DNA of 63,902 nucleotides, counting the filler, from Basidiobolus ranarum (taxonomy: Eukaryota): NCBI GenBank assembly GCA_040143965.1. It is 48 parts of 48 records of this genome, joined end to end, with 100 filler letters (N's around TTAATTAATTAA, not from the genome) between each part and the next. Parts side by side here need not be neighbours in the genome. Positions count along the whole stretch, not along the records: positions 62,676 to 63,902 come from JASJQH010005918.1; 47 more parts are not named here. One strand, given 5' to 3'. The notes below the pieces were generated by a model. That model was not told where the DNA came from. It did no database searches and saw only the letters and a program-made list of their open reading frames with translations. Position numbers and translations under genes: made by a program. This document shows, one piece after another, positions 63,730 to 63,902 of the stretch (the stretch's first letter is position 1; each line of letters opens with the position of its first letter).

Positions 63730-63902
63730 CCGACAAGGTTTATACCAGCTATAAACATGGGCTTGAAAAAAAGGAAACTTGTGTTTACACAACCCCCTGG
63801 AAGGGGGGGGGGATTTGCAGGAGAGGCCAGTGGCAACAGGAAATAAGGGGGGTTGGCTCCTGGCTTGATTTGACCCCGCCCCGCCCCCCGGCCGCGGGGC
63901 TC

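Noticed and set aside
63790-63902. G/C homopolymer-rich tail suggesting a G-quadruplex or telomere
   Set aside because: Lies at a contig end with no regular unit; typical of low-quality read ends.

Overview
This window is not contiguous DNA. It is 48 unrelated ~1.23-kb contigs, sorted by decreasing length (1239 to 1227 bp) and joined by an artificial 100-bp spacer (N44-TTAATTAATTAA-N44). The DNA is from an AT-rich, intron-containing fungal genome; an early-diverging lineage is suspected but not proven. Most contigs are decayed, CpG-depleted transposons. The dominant family (18 of 48 contigs) is a CMC/EnSpm(CACTA)-type DNA transposon that can be rebuilt from overlaps as a ~5.2-kb element with CCCTAACA(G/A)AAAT termini and two divergently oriented genes (a tnp2-type transposase and an orphan ~580-aa ORF2). 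Several Ty1/Copia and Ty3/Gypsy families and at least five LTR families are also present, heavily nested. A 282-bp solo LTR (4450-4731) with a 5-bp TSD carries a complete tRNA-like Pol III cassette. Host gene fragments include a subtilisin, a polyporopepsin-like aspartic protease with an altered active-site motif, tandem Hsp70 genes, UAP1, QCR2, VPS26, a Fet3-like multicopper oxidase, a GH20-like N-terminus and NAA38/MAK31.
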